DNA from: Atractiella rhizophila | Lineage: Eukaryota | Assembly: GCA_021432655.1 (NCBI GenBank) | Contig: MU271308.1 | Location: forward strand, 1-48,958 | DNA length: 48,958 nucleotides | Direction of reading: 5' to 3' | Part shown: positions 25,896 through 39,392 of the stretch, piece by piece | How the letters are laid out: every line of letters starts with the position of its first letter | How positions within the stretch are numbered: position 1 is the stretch's first letter | The notes under the pieces: generated by a model | The model's database searches: none | Told to the model about the DNA's origin: nothing | What the model saw: only the letters and a program-made list of their open reading frames with translations | Translations under genes and position numbers: made by a program

Positions 25896-26858
25896 ATGTC
25901 TCAAGGTCCCACGACGCACAAATTCGTGATTGTCGCTCCGACAGAGCCCAAACCAAGACGGGTGAGAGGTAGCACGGCTTGCACTCGATGCCATAGGTAC
26001 GTCGGGTTCTCCGTCACCTTGAAGTCGTCCTTTTGTTCTCTTTGTTCCGGATCACAGGACAGCTTTGACCTTCTTTCATTCTGGACAGGCTGAAAGTGAA
26101 ATGCGTACCGTCACCCCAAGGAGAAGCTTGCGGTGAGCACGGACTTCCTTCTCGTGGCCTGGATCGTGTTCTGATGCGGGCATTGTTTGGTATGCAGCTC
26201 GATGCGCGAAAACTCCTCAAGCCTCTGAATGCTCAATTCGTCTCGCCAACATCATGGCCAATTCATGCACTAGTCCCGAATCCACATCTTCGAGCATCGA
26301 CTCCTCCCCCACCCAGCACGATTCGGGTTTACTGCTTTCGGATGGCGCCTACGATTCTTATTTAACGAACTACCCGATGGAGAATTACGTGGACCCCAGC
26401 GGTTAGTTCCTTCTCAAAAATGTCTCTGCAACAGTACAGTGACGATCGCCAAGGGAAGACGCACGAAACATTTATGTATGTCCCTGGTGGCGCTTCAGAA
26501 CAAATGGCCCCTACATATCCTTCATCATCCTATCACCATCCCTCCTCCCAAATATACCCTCCAGCTTCCATACAGTACTCACCAGCGTCGTCGGCGTATT
26601 CCTCTAGCACTCAGTATTCAGCGCCTCAGTGGGATTCGGATCAAGATATTAAACCATTTCTCTCCCCAGACCTGGCGGAGCGCCTAGAGTACGCTCCTTA
26701 TCAAACGTACGTTTCTTCTATCGGTCCAAGCCTACCATTCCCCAACTGAAGAAGGAAGCAGCATACATGGTGATCCTCAAACCCCCCAAAATCAATCTGG
26801 TTATTCACCAGTAGTAGCGCACTCCAGTTGGCAAGCTGGCGGCTACACCTACCAATAA
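25896..26858 (+). CDS. Short Zn(II)2Cys6 transcription factor, multi-exon
   Basis: Spliced cluster ACTRCHRLKVKCVPSPQGEACARCAKTPQASEC followed by a Ser/Tyr/Pro-rich tail. Confidence 0.8.
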
Positions 26859-27181
26859 AACAAAAGGGCTACCGTTAGATTCTTCGTACCCATTCGTACT
26901 GTACACTTGTTGTAGAACTTGCGATTCCTTCATGCATCATGATAACGACCGGCTCGAGCCGTTGACGTTTTAACGTCCACAACCCAATGGATTCCCTAAT
27001 TCAGTTCTTCAAAAGCATTTTTTAGTAACCCTTCATCCTTCATCTTCACATTAGTGCCTCTTTGTTCTTCAAGCTTCCCATTCAGACTCGAGAGAAGTTC
27101 CAATGTAGAACAACTTCATTGATCAACTCACATGTTCAGAAGTACTTTCAATATGTAATTGAATCCCTTCAATTCGTTCTA

Positions 27182-27863
27182 TCAGTCATCCTCATCAGAC
27201 AGCTCCTCCGCATTCTCCATCTGTCTCTGCGCCATTCTCGAACTGATATCTCTCGGGGCATCTTCTTCACCCTTGCCTTGCAAACGTTGACCTGTACCGT
27301 GAGGATTCAACGATGAACGGGAAACAGGAAGGTAGAAACGGACGAATAAGCTGAGCGATGGCTCGTTGCGTCTGAGGCCCAAGTTTCTCTAGCTTCTTGT
27401 CCAAATCTCGTTTCAGATCCCAATTCGGCTTTTTGGGTTGGATGTTCACCAAATCCTGAGAGAGTCAGGTGAATATTACCGATAAAATGACGCGGGAAGC
27501 AAAGGACGAAAGCAGTTTAACAGATGTGAAAGAGAGAACCCACCAACTCCTGACCCCTCAGCTCCTCATCCTCCAAAATAACCCGATCCATCAATCCTTC
27601 TACCTCCTTCTCGACCGTATCTTCTTCCGCAACTGATGGATCGTGACCCTTAGCGGAACCAGTGGTAGGATCATAATTCCTGAAACGAAAGACTTCGGTG
27701 CTAAACGCATTTCTGAGTGAGTAAGAACTGAAATGTAGGAAAAGAATTACCCGTCTCCGTTCGCAACATCCTCATTTGCAGCCCCAGACTCGACGTCCCT
27801 CTTTCGCTTACGAAGGGCCTCAAGACGTGCTTTACGCGATTCTGCCTGTTGTTCTAGTGACAT
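27182..27863 (-). CDS. CWF18: Pre-mRNA splicing factor Cwf18 / CCDC12
   Basis: RKARLEALRKRK, FRFRNYDP and IQPKKPNWDLKRDLDKKLEKL...TQRAIAQLIR. Confidence 0.92.
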
Positions 27864-27994
27864 TGCCACATTCAAGTCGATGCTTGCATGGATCCATTCT
27901 AGGAAAACGGCGACGGTGGCTATACCGAGTACCAAGAAGGTACCAATGACGAAACAACCATCAACAACTACAACGTCGAAATAACGCGCCTGAT

Positions 27995-28504
27995 ATGGCC
28001 TTCTTTCGACATTTGATAGGTGTGAAATCCATTGTATTCTCATTTGGCTGTGTCTGACCCTGGTTGTAGGAGGAGCGGTGGTCACTGGATCCCTCTGTTA
28101 TGGGCTTTCACAGTACATCCATCGCAGGACCGCAGACATCTCCTCCAATCTACAGACGCTCTCACATTCTTTGTCAAGCCTCCAAGACCTCAATACAAGC
28201 TCCCCTTACTCAATACCGGGTCCAGATGGACAAGACGGAGGACGCACACCTCTGAAAGAAACAATGAAATCTCGTGTACGTGCTTCAATTCTCTTTCGAG
28301 CCGAGCAGCAGGAGGGAATAGTGGCTGAAATAATCGCGCGGTCAGTGGAATGAAGTCGTGATTGGTGCCGTGAGAGATGTGCAGAATTATGAGCTGTCAA
28401 GGTCTGCTGGATCCATTCGGGCGACCGTGATGAATTGGACGAACGCAACCGCCTCCAAGGGAGATTCCTCGTCACCTGAAGAAGATGGATTCGAGTCCAG
28501 TTGA
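27995..28504 (+). CDS. MIC12: Small protein resembling MICOS subunit Mic12 (Aim5)
   Basis: Three exons: MAFFRHLIGGAVVTGSLCYGL (N-terminal TM) ... ETMKSR/WNEVVIGAVR resembles the Mic12 K.RWN..V...VR motif. Confidence 0.6.
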
Positions 28505-30016
28505 GCTAGAGTTGAAATGTGCAAATGTGCCATCCGTCAACATCCGCACATCCAGCAAAACCCGCGTGCATCCTCACCCGAGCTCGGTCAGCGTTCACTC
28601 AATGAGCCCACTTTCCCCACGACTTTCCTCCTCGAATAGTCGAATAGTGGAACTCAACATTCGGTTCTCCTATCTCGCCTCGCTCTCATTTGTGGATGGG
28701 ACCATGTCACAAGAGCAATGTTATAGCAATTTACGGAGGCAAAAACGATGCCCATCGTGCAGAGGTTTGGAGTTGGCGCAAGTCAGTCCAGATCCAGCGC
28801 CTTGTTTATAGCCCGATGCTTCCGAAACTTCCACTTGGCTTTTCCATTCCAGCAAATTTTTGCTCATTGCTTTGCGTGCTTTATTTGGTTCTTGCGTATC
28901 ACCGACAATGCTGTAACGTAACCGTTTGGCGGCGTGCAAGCGTGTGTGTAAAGCCCAAGCTGCCAGTGGCATGCGAAACATCACGCTGTACGTATGTCAA
29001 CCCATCCTGCTCAGCAAGCTTGTTTTTTGGTTTGTAATATTTGACTTCGTGCTTGTGCTTTCGCACGGTTCTTGCTTCATATTAGCGTCGGAGCAGCTCT
29101 GAATTTAGCTCGTTTATCTGTCCATCCTTTCTTAAGTTTATCGTTGCTTTTGTCGATGCTCCTGCTCGAGCTGACTAGCGGTCAGTGGAATGAAGTCGTG
29201 ATTGGTGCCGTGAGAGATGTGCAGAATTATGAGCTGTCAAGGTCTGCTGGATCCATTCGGGCGACCGTGATGAATTGGACGAACGCAACCGCCTCCAAGG
29301 GAGATTCCTCGTCACCTGAAGAAGATGGATTCGAGTCCAGTTGAGCTAGAGTTGAAATGTGCAAATGTGCCATCCGTCAACATCCGCACATCCAGCAAAA
29401 CCCGCGTGCATCGTCACCCGAGCTCGGTCAGCGTTCACTCAATGAGCCCACTTTCCCCACGACTTTCCTCCTCGAATAGTCGAATAGTGGAACTCAACAT
29501 TCGGTTCTCCTATCTCGCCTCGCTCTCATTTGTGGATGGGACCATGTCACAAGAGCAATGTTATAGCAATTTACGGAGGCAAAAACGATGCCCATCGTGC
29601 AGAGGTTTGGAGTTGGCGCAAGTCAGTCCAGATCCAGCGCCTTGTTTATAGCCCGATGCTTCCGAAACTTCCACTTGGCTTTTCCATTCCAGCAAATTTT
29701 TGCTCATTGCTTTGCGTGCTTTATTTGGTTCTTGCGTATCACCGACAATGCTGTAACGTAACCATTTGGCGGCGTGCAAGCGTGTGTGTAAAGCCCAAGC
29801 TGCCAGTGGCATGCGAAACATCACGCTGTACGTATGTCAACCCATCCTGCTCAGCAAGCTTGTTTTTTGGTTTGTAATATTTGACTTCGTGCTTGTGCTT
29901 TCGCACGGTTCTTGCTTCATATTAGCGTCGGAGCAGCTCTGAATTTAGCTCGTTTATCTGTCCATCCTTTCTTAAGTTTATCGTTGCTTTTGTCGATGCT
30001 CCTGCTCGAGCTGACT
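28338..30016. repeat. Tandem duplication 2: 28338-29176 / 29178-30016 (839 bp)
   Basis: Near-identical copies (two substitutions seen); includes last exon of the Mic12-like gene; extra A at 29177. Confidence 0.97.
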
Positions 30017-30559
30017 TCAACTTTGACCACTGGGATGGGACAAGTACACGTGCTTTCCTGCCTCAGGTCAGCAGATTACAATGCTTCAGTTTTGATTATT
30101 ACTTGTTCTGCCTGTGCATCTTACAGTTATTGCTTCTTTCATTGGAGCCAGAATGTGTCGTAAACCATCGAAGGTGACCTGCTGAACCCAATTGATCTCT
30201 TCAACTCTTGACCATCGGAACAGATGCAATGGCACTGGCTGCCGCTCTTTAACCACTAAGTAGGGTAATTACAACAGCTGGAGGCGTTGATAACTACATT
30301 GACAAAGAGCCAAGCTCAAGCCCACCTTTAAGCTTCTCCTCCAACATGCATAGTTCCATACGGGTCCGTTGGTTGAGAAGAAAGGGCGAACATTGTTTGC
30401 TCGCCATCAACGCTGCTGTGCGAGCTCCTAGAATAACCAGATGGCAGCCAGACCTTGGATTCGGTCCCTTCTTCCTGTCTTCCGTTAACAGTTTCCGCAG
30501 GCAAGAGGAATCAAGCAACAATCCCCACTTCTGCATCTAGATGCACATTTGGGAGAGGG

Positions 30560-31470
30560 GCGTCCGCAATTATTATGCAACAGCTCAGTCGAACTCTCAG
30601 GGTTGCATCTCTTTGCAAATTCCTTTGTGATGCATTTCGGGTCGATCTTGGACCATTTGGGGCATCCTCACTCTGCCGATTGAGTTATATCTCTGACAAG
30701 CTGTCTCAGTAAAGGAGAGCTCTCAAATAGGTTCTCAGCACTCTCGGTTCGTTTTCGTCCTTACGGTGAATCAACTCCTAATTGCAGAATTCCTCGTCTG
30801 CGGTTGAGATTCCTGATCTATATTTCAAACAGGAGTCCGAAATGACAGCTATGATGAAAGCGATTCGTGGCGAACACGGTTAAGAGTATGAAAGCGATTC
30901 GTGGCGAACACGGTTAAGAGTATGTTATACCACTTTCGTAATGAAGAGGAGGTCCGTCTTCCGTTTTCTTCCTTTTCGTCCAAATTTGGATCTCTTTGCA
31001 GCAGCATGGACCTGATGCGATTTCCCCTACTGGCGGAGATCACCTGTAGTGCCCTGGAGTCCCAGAAATCTCTTCTCAGTCATTATTTCTACCTCCGCCT
31101 TCGCCGCCTGTGTCCTCTCCTGCCGTCCAGACGTGCCTCGCCGGCAGGTCTGGGCGACGCATCGACATTCAATCGCCCATCATCGGAGAATAGCTCCAGG
31201 GCACGACACCTCTTCAGCTTCATCTGTCATCATAGCACCTCCTTCTGATTTGATTGACCCAGCTGTTCCCTTCCTATGTTTCCGAGTTGCAGCCTCGCGA
31301 CCACGGAAGTGGCACGCTGTCAAGAAAGATATCCTGGAAAGGAGGAACTGCGGAGGATTTGGCGTGACGATCCGTAGCTTGGGACGATATAGACTTCTGT
31401 GGCCAGACGGCGCTAACAGAGGAGTAGGATGAACATTTTGAGAGGCAATCAAAGCAATCAAAGATACTCC
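30560..31470 (-). pseudogene. Possible decayed protein-coding relic (F-box/LRR-like flavour), partly repeated in the second copy
   Basis: Protein-like fragments (LAPSGHRSLYRPKLRI) in several frames with stops and copy-specific frameshifts; no intact model found. Confidence 0.25.
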
Positions 31471-32853
31471 AGTGAATTCACAAAGATAACTGTGTTGTCT
31501 TCTATCGCTGGTTGTCGGGACCCAAAAGCTCGATGGACACCCAAAACGACTTCACCCCGTAATACTCTAACCTGACTTGACTGTTGTTTGCAATGAATCC
31601 AAGTACTACTTCATATTTCACTAGCGCTTCTGAATTTGGTGGAGTATGACTCACTCCACATTACTTTGTCTAACGAACGAATGCAACATAATGTCAGCGT
31701 CAGCTCCAACAGCAGAAGTGGAAGCAGATGAACTTGACATTCCCGTCCTTTCCAACCAGCACACGAACCCCCCGATAGCTCTCATACATGACTTCAACAC
31801 TTTTCACGCTCTGCGCTCCGAAGTTTTCGTCCTTACGGTGAATCAACTCCTAATTGCAGAATTCCTCGTCTGCGGTTGAGATTCCTGATCTATATTTCAA
31901 ACAGGAGTCCGAAATGACAGCTATGATGAAAGCGATTCGTGGCGAACACGGTTAAGAGTATGTTATACCACTTTCGTAATGAAGAGGAGGTCCGTCTTCC
32001 GTTTTCTTCCTTTTCGTCCAATTTTGGATCTCTTTGCAGCAGCATGGACCTGATGCGATTTACCCTACTGGCGGAGATCACCTGTAGTACTGCCCTGGAG
32101 TCCCAGAAATCTCTTCTCAGTCATTATTTCTACCTCCGCCTTCGCCGCCTGTGTCCTCTCCTGCCGTCCAGACGCGCCTCGCCGGCAAGTCTGGGCGACG
32201 CATCGACATTCAATCGCCCATCATCGGAGAATAGCTCCAGGGCACGACACCTCATCAGCTTCATCTGTCATCATAGCACCTCCTTCTGATTTGATTGACC
32301 CAGCTATTCCCTTCCTATGTTTCCGAGTTGCAGCCTCGCGACCATGGAGGTGACATGCTGACAAGAAGATATCCTGAGAAAGAAGAATTGCGGAGGGATT
32401 TGGCGTGACGATCCGTAGCTTGGGACGATATAGACTTCTGTGGCCAGACGGAGCTAACAGAGGAGTAGGATGAACATTTGAGAGGCAATCAAAGCAATCA
32501 AGATACTCGAGTGAATTCACAAAGATAACCGTGTTGTCTTCTATCGCTGGTTGTCGGGACCCAAAAGCTCGATAGACATCCAAAACTTCACCCGTAATAC
32601 TCTAACCTGACTTGACTGTTGTTTGCAATGAATCCAAGTACTACTTCACGTTTCACACTTCTGAATTTGGTGGAGTATGACTCACTCCACACTACATTGT
32701 CTGACGAACGAATGCAACATAATGTCAGCGTCAGCTCCAACAGCAGAAGTGGAAGCAGATGGACTTGACATTCCCGTCCTTTCCAACCAGCACACGAACC
32801 CACCGATAGCTCTCATACATGACTTCAACACTTTTTACGCTCTGCGCTCCGAA
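30751..32853. repeat. Tandem duplication 3: 30751-31822 / 31823-32853; copy 1 ends in a truncated SEN34 5' end (31691-31822)
   Basis: Copies with many SNPs and indels; copy 1 also has an internal ~34-bp tandem repeat at ~30854-30921. Confidence 0.95.
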
Positions 32854-33747
32854 CATCGTCTCCTTGGTGTGCTCACAGGCACGTTACCCTCAATGCCAGG
32901 GCAGAATGTGTTCTTAGGTCTACCTTATCTGCTGATGACTGAAGAGGCGGAAATCCTTCGACAGAACGGTGCGCTTCTTGAGCTGTAATCTATCTGAAGC
33001 CTTAACAAACTCTTTGACGAAGGAGTCGCCAGACTTGTTGCTGAAGCGAATTCATATGACGAACCAACAAAAGAGCAGATCGAAATATCGGAGAGAAAGA
33101 GAAGCGAAGATATAGAAGATCATAAGAAGAGGACGAGGGAGATCCAGGTAGCGAAGAAGGTAGAATTCTTGAAGGCTCATCCAGACATCGCCAACAAAAT
33201 GAAGGTGTCTCCGAAATCCACTCCATCGAAGGCGAAAGGCAAACAGAATCATTCCACTTCTGGATCGCACCTCTATTTTGATGAAAGTCCAGCGGCCGAA
33301 GGCAGAACTGAGCCGGACGATGACTTTCTCTATCGATTGGTAGTGCCTTCAGCAACAACCGTTGAGAAGATGCCTTGGTATTCGCCTCGCGTTCTGGATT
33401 CCAACGACACTGCTTCCCCTCGTTCTCTCTTTGATCGAGCACGACTGGGAATATATAAAGACCTTTATTCCCAAGGCTACTGGCCATCTTCAGGTCTCAA
33501 ATTCGGTGGAGACTTCGTTGCTTATCCTGGAGACCCATTGAGATATCATAGTCACTTCATCTGCACCGTGCATCCCAAGCTGCAAGACTCAGAGGGAGAC
33601 GAGGAAGAAGACCCAATCACAGCGCTCGATATAGTTGCTTGGGGACGCTTGGCTACGGGGGTAAAGAAGAACCATTTGATTTGTGGGTGGGACGAAGAGA
33701 AAGGCGAGGCCGAGTATTTTACTGTTAATTGGGCGGGATATGGATGA
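32722..33747 (+). CDS. SEN34: tRNA-splicing endonuclease catalytic subunit Sen34
   Basis: LRSEHRLLGVLTGTLP..QNVFLGLPYLLMTEEA and GLKFGGDFVAYPGDPLRYHSHF...GRLATGVKK; one intron near 32969-33023. Confidence 0.95.
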
Positions 33748-33856
33748 GGTGAATAAGAACTCATACGACGATGCAATTGCACTAAGATAGATTGCTGTGG
33801 GTATAGTTTGCAGGATGTAGGTGAAAATTTGAGCAGGCGAATCTTACATATCGAGA

Positions 33857-35963
33857 TCATGCATGTTGGGGTGCCGCTGCTCGCCCCTCACTTCGCCTCT
33901 CCGCGTCCTTCTCTGCATCTGGCTCCATCTGTTTCACCTTGAGTTCTTTCAAGAGCCGCAGGTCCTCCTCGACCCTCCTCTTCTCCGCCTCTTCCCGATC
34001 CCTCTCTTTCTCTTGAACCTTTTTCTCTTCTCCCTTCACCTCCTCTTCCAACATCTCCAGCTCCTTCTTCAGCTCATCATCGTCGATTTCCTCAGCTCCA
34101 CCTGAACGACGAGCCAGATCGCCACCGATTCCAATCGCGTCGTCAATCTCTTTCTGGTCAGCCAAAGTTTCTGACAGTGATTCCATCGTCTCGTCAACTT
34201 TATCCGGAGAGAGGGAAGGATGTGCCAGGAGTGATTTGAGCGTCTTAGATCCAAGGTCGTACACTCGCATAATCTGACCCTATGTCAGATTATCCCATGA
34301 AAAGCAGCAACACATGTACCTCAACATCTCCCGTCGCTCGCTCAATGGAAAGCAATACACTCGTGACAGTTTCGAGCGTCCCGGTTCGTTTCAGGAGCAA
34401 CGCCTCCAGCTGTTTCCGCGATCGCAGGTACGACAGTGCCATAGATTTCTGCTTCGCTTTGAGATATTTCTCAATCTTCGCAGTTTGCCTGTCTCAGGCT
34501 CGGTTAAGCTCGAATCTGCCACAAAGAGAAAGGCGCACTGTGAAATTCTAATCTCAATGTCCGAAATCTGCTGTGTTAGGTTATTCGACGATTGCTTCAG
34601 TTCCAGAATACCTCGTTCTTCAGTGGAGATGCCTTCAGTAGCCCTTGATGTCGAGGGTAAAGTGAGCGATGAAAGGATTTTGACGACCTGACAAAGTCCT
34701 TCTGGACAAACTTCTAGCAAAGAAAGAAAGGATTGCTCACTCCTCTATCCATAACAAGAACTCGTTGATCCCGCTGCAAGTATTTCATCAACACTTCCAA
34801 ATCCCGCTGCGAAAGTTCCTTCCCATCCACAATTCCAAACTTCTTCTTCCACTCCTCCCTCGTAAACAGTCTCTCAGTGACGTTCAAACCTGCCAATTCG
34901 GCAAGTTTTGCACACACGATTTTCGCCGTCTTCTCAAGATTGGAGACAATGACGTACGAACCCTTGCATTGACGAAAGACGTCCTCGTCGTCATAAGTAA
35001 AGGAGTCATCTTCAGACGCAAACGGGTTTAATTGACTGAACGCCCATGAAAGGGGTCCGGCGACTAGTGTAGAGAGAAGAGTTGATGAGATAGACCGTGT
35101 CGCTGATGTTGATGGTAGGAGGGTGGACAACGATGGTGTTGAATTAAACACAGGAAGAGGAATGACGACTCGCGACCGAGCCATACTTCGCTAAAATGTA
35201 GATATCTGTCAGTACTCGGGTTTATCAACGGTCTTCCATGAGACATTCTTCTCAAGCATAAACGAGCCAAGAGGACACACGGTTAGGGAAGGTACGACTG
35301 CTTAGGTTGAACGAAAAAAAAACCAGATGAAGTTTTCACGGCGATGGGAAGAGGCCATCGAGCCTTCCCATCATCATAAACGACTCGTTCCACCGAGCTG
35401 CCAAACTGCCTCTCTTTCTGAACGTTCAATAAACACAAATGGAATTGACGTAGACATGACGGTAAAAGCTCTATGAAAGGACGACCCTGAGGTTTGATCG
35501 GAGGCATAATTAATCCATGTCCTGACGTAGTTCATTCCCTCCTTTCAGCAATGCATAACAGAATCCCATTCTTATGTCCTCTCGCACTTTCGCATGCAAA
35601 ATAAATCACTTAAGAAACAATAGTGCGTCAAATTAAACTCGTACCGTCTACCTCTCAAACAAAGAGACAGAGACATACCACAACTTCTCCCAAAGCACTG
35701 GGGGTACCAATACCGTCCCATCTCAGAACCTCCCTAAGCTTTTCATCGACATTAAGTATTAACCTATCAGTCTCCTCTCCTTTCCCTGACTGTCCACCTT
35801 CCCAAGCGAGATCACACAGTAGACCTTTCCACCATGCCACCGCCTGAGCATACCCGTCTGGATTAGCGGATTTTCTTGAAGGGAAGGCAGAATACAAGAA
35901 TCCTAGGCGTTCGTCATTGCCCTTGAATTCTGGACGTGAAGACAGAAACTTTGAGGAGGGCAT
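33857..35963 (-). CDS. CHMP7: CHMP7/Cmp7 ESCRT-II/III hybrid (Snf7 family), complete copy
   Basis: RLGFLYSAFPSRKSANPDGY..WW N-terminus; C-terminal Snf7 domain (KVDETMESLSETLADQKEIDDAI..DDDELKKELEML); 488-nt first intron. Confidence 0.88.
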
Positions 35964-38395
35964 GGTGGTCGTTGTGGTTGCACGTCATGTCAGTGACACG
36001 AAAAGTAAACACGTGATCGAGGCGCGAAAATAAACCACGACTTTCCATCTGACTTTCAATGCCAGCATCGACCGTGAATTCAGTCTCTACAACTACAGAT
36101 CCACTTTCAGGCTTTGAATTTATATCTTGTCGGATCTGCCGACGCGACTTTTTATTCTCTGCATCTGGCTCCATCTGTTTCACCTTGAGTTCTTTCAAGA
36201 GCCGCAGGTCCTCCTCGACCCTCCTCTTCTCCGCCTCTTCCCGATCCCTCTCTTTCTCTCGAACCTTTTTCTCTTCTCCCTTCACCTCCTCTTCCAACAT
36301 CTCCAGCTCCTTCTTCAGCTCATCATCGTCGATTTCCTCAGCTACACCTGAACGACGAGCCAGATCGCCACCGATTCCAATCGCGTCGTCAATCTCTTTC
36401 TGGTCAGCCAAAGTTTCTGACAGTGATTCCATCGTCTCGTCAACTTTATCCGGAGAGAGGGAAGGATGTGCCAGGAGTGATTTGAGCGTCTTAGATCCAA
36501 GGTCGTACATTCGCATAATCTGACCCTATGTCAGATTATCCCATGAAAAGCAGGAGCACATGTACCTCAACATCTCCCGTCGCTCGTTCAATGGAAAGCA
36601 ATACACTCGTGACAGTTTCGAGCGTCCCGGTTCGTTTCAGGAGCAATGCCTCCAGCTGTTTCCGCGATCGCAGGTACGACAGTGCCATAGATTTCTGCTT
36701 CGCTTTGAGATATTTCTCAATCTTCGCAGTTTGCCTGTCTCAGGCTCGGTTAAGCTCGAATCTGCCACAAAGAGAAAGGCGCACTGTGAAATTCTGCTCT
36801 CAATGTCCGAGATCTGCTGTGTTAGGTTATTCGACGATTGCTTCAGTTCAAGAATACCTCGTTCTTCGGTGGAGATGCCTTCAGTAGCCCTTGATGTCGA
36901 GGGTAAAGTGAGCGATGAAAGGATTTTGACGACCTGACAAAGTCCTTCTGGACAAACTTCTAGCAAAGAAAGGATTGCTCACTCCTCTATCCATAACAAG
37001 AACTCGTTGATCCCGCTGCAAGTATTTCATCAACACTTCCAAATCCCGCTGCGAAAGTTCCTTCCCATCCACAATTCCAAACTTCTTCTTCCACTCCTCC
37101 CTCGTAAACAGTCTCTCAGTGACGTTCAAACCTGCCAATTCGGCAAGTTTTGCACACACGATTTTCGCCGTCTTCTCAAGATTGGAGACAATGACGTACG
37201 AACCCTTGCATTGACGAAAGACGTCCTCGTCGTCATAAGTAAAGGAGTCATCTTCAGACGCAAACGGGTTTAATTGACTGAACGCCCATGAAAGGGGTCC
37301 GGCGACTAGTGTAGAGAGAAGAGTTGATGAGATAGACCGTGTCGCTGATGTTGATGGTAGGAGGGTGGACAACGATGGTGTTGAATTAAACACAGGAAGA
37401 GGAATGACGACTCGCGACCGAGCCATACTTCGCTAAAATGTAGATATCTGTCAGTACTCGGGTTTGTCAACGGTCTTCCATGAAACATTCTTCTCAAGCA
37501 TAAACGAGCCAAGAGGACACACGGTTAGGGAAGGTACGACTGCTTAGGTTGAACAAAAAAAACTAGATGAAGTTTTCACGGCGATGGGAAGAGGCCATCT
37601 AGGCTTCCCATCATCATAAACGACTCATTCCATCGAGCTGCCAAACTGCCTCTCTTTCTGAACGTTCAATAAACACAAATGGAATTGACTTAGACATGAC
37701 AGTAAGAGCTCTATGAAAGGATGACCCTGAGGTTTGTTCGGAGGCATAATTAATCCATGTCGTGGCGTAGCTCATGCCCTCCTTTCAGCAATGCATAACA
37801 GAATCTGACTCTTATGTCCTCTCGCACTCTCACATGCAAAACAAATCACTTAAGAAACCAAATAGTGCGCCAAATTAAACTCGTACCGTCCACCTCTCAA
37901 ACAAAGAGACAGAGACATACCACAACTTCTCCCAAAGCACTGGGTGCACCAATACCGTCCCATCTCAGAACCTCCCTGAGCTTTTCATCGACATTAAGGA
38001 TTAACCTATCAGTCTCCTCTCCTTTCCCTGACTGTCCACCTTCCCAAGCGAGATCACATAGTAGACCTTTCCACCATTCCACCGCCTGAGCATACCCGTC
38101 TGGATTAGCGGATTTTCTTGAAGGGAAGGCAGAATACAAGAATCCTAGGCGTTCGTCATTGGCCTTGAATTCTGGACGTGAAGACAGAAACTTTGAGGAG
38201 GGCATGGTGGTCGTTGTGGTTGCACGTCATGTCAGTGACACGAAAAGTAAACACGTGATCGAGACGCGAAAATAAACCACGACTTTCCATCTGACTTTCA
38301 ATGCCAGCATCGACCGTGAATCCAGTCTCTACAACTACAGATCCACTATCAGGCTTTGAATTTATATCTTGTCGGATCTGCCGACGCGACTTCTT
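33909..38395. repeat. Tandem duplication 4: 33909-36153 / 36155-38395
   Basis: CHMP7 plus shared promoter plus start of the RING gene repeated; A at 36154. Confidence 0.95.
36155..38205 (-). CDS. CHMP7: Second CHMP7 copy lacking the last ~17 codons (probably the alternate allele)
   Basis: Same exons with substitutions (KANDE vs KGNDE, AVEWW vs AVAWW, GAP vs GTP); cut at the duplication junction. Confidence 0.7.
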
Positions 38396-39391
38396 ACTGA
38401 GCGGACGACAGAATGAGGCCGTGGGATTCGTAGTCACAAATTGTGAGCACGTCCTTTGCGAGCATTGCATTGGTGCCGGAGGTGAAGGTGCGCTCCTCAC
38501 ATATCCTCAAACATCTACATGAAATTGTGTGAAGAAGGGAGTGGACGTTGTCCTGTCTGCGGCAAGTTCAGAGCTAGTCTTCAAAGACTTTCAGTGGATA
38601 TGCATCCGACGATGGCCTTTTATTTTCGCCCTCTTACTACTTTGTGCAAAGAGATGAGTGGAGCGCTACATGTTTGTCCATGCTCCCTTCACTTCATATC
38701 CTTGGTTTCCGTCTCTTTTGCTGATTGTAGACCAGTTCCAAACGGATAACATGGTTGAACAACTTCGGTTCTTTAAATCCCAATGCCTCGAACTTAAGCA
38801 CCAGATGGGAGACGTAGAATCAATGAAGAGGTGATATTGCCTCTGATTCATTGCCCTCCTGAGATTGGGTGACACACTTTCGGGGACAGAGAATTAAAAT
38901 CGCAAGCAGAAGAGAATTCCCAGCTGCGTTCTGAGCTCGCCCAGTTACGATCGCAACTCGATTCTCGACGACAGCAGATCCAACAACAACACCTACCAAA
39001 TTCAACAGCATCGATGCACCAAATGAACGAAGAGTATTTTCATCCCTCCCAATTCACCCACCAATATGCGCAATCTTCATTCTCGGATGACAGCGTGTAT
39101 ATTTCTGCTCAGGCAGGTCGAGGAACAAAACGCAAACTGCCCGCAGAATTAGACGCATTGTTAGTACCCTCCTCTCGATTTGCCCTGCACCCACCGCTGA
39201 TGCGCGGTGGTGCGTAGACATCCTTCAAAGCAACCATTATCGCGCTTCGCTGACAACCATCCCCAAATCTCCACACCAAGATCGGAAACACCAGCTCAGA
39301 AGCTACAGTGCGTCTTCAAGTTTCTCATCTTACTTTCAACTCCTAAAGCAGGATCCAGAAAATTCTACTCTCCTGATCATGACGCCGTCAA
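38301..39391 (+). CDS. 3'-truncated copy of the Zip3/RNF212-like RING gene (probable alternate allele)
   Basis: Same exons as 40322-41899 up to DHDAVK, then jumps into CHMP7 sequence. Confidence 0.6.
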
Positions 39392-39392
39392 A

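Noticed and set aside
35281..35288. GGTTAGGG (sense CCCTAACC) in the CHMP7 intron as a telomerase template
   Set aside because: An 8-mer is expected about once by chance in this window, and only ~90 nt remain to the intron end with no pseudoknot evident.
35914..36516. Novel Snf7 fusion ORF (200 aa)
   Set aside because: Read-through across duplication junction 36154 into antisense RING-gene and promoter sequence.
38515..38521. CTACAT vs CTACAG as a splice-killing mutation in the truncated RING copy
   Set aside because: The frame requires the downstream GAAGAAG acceptor, which both copies retain.
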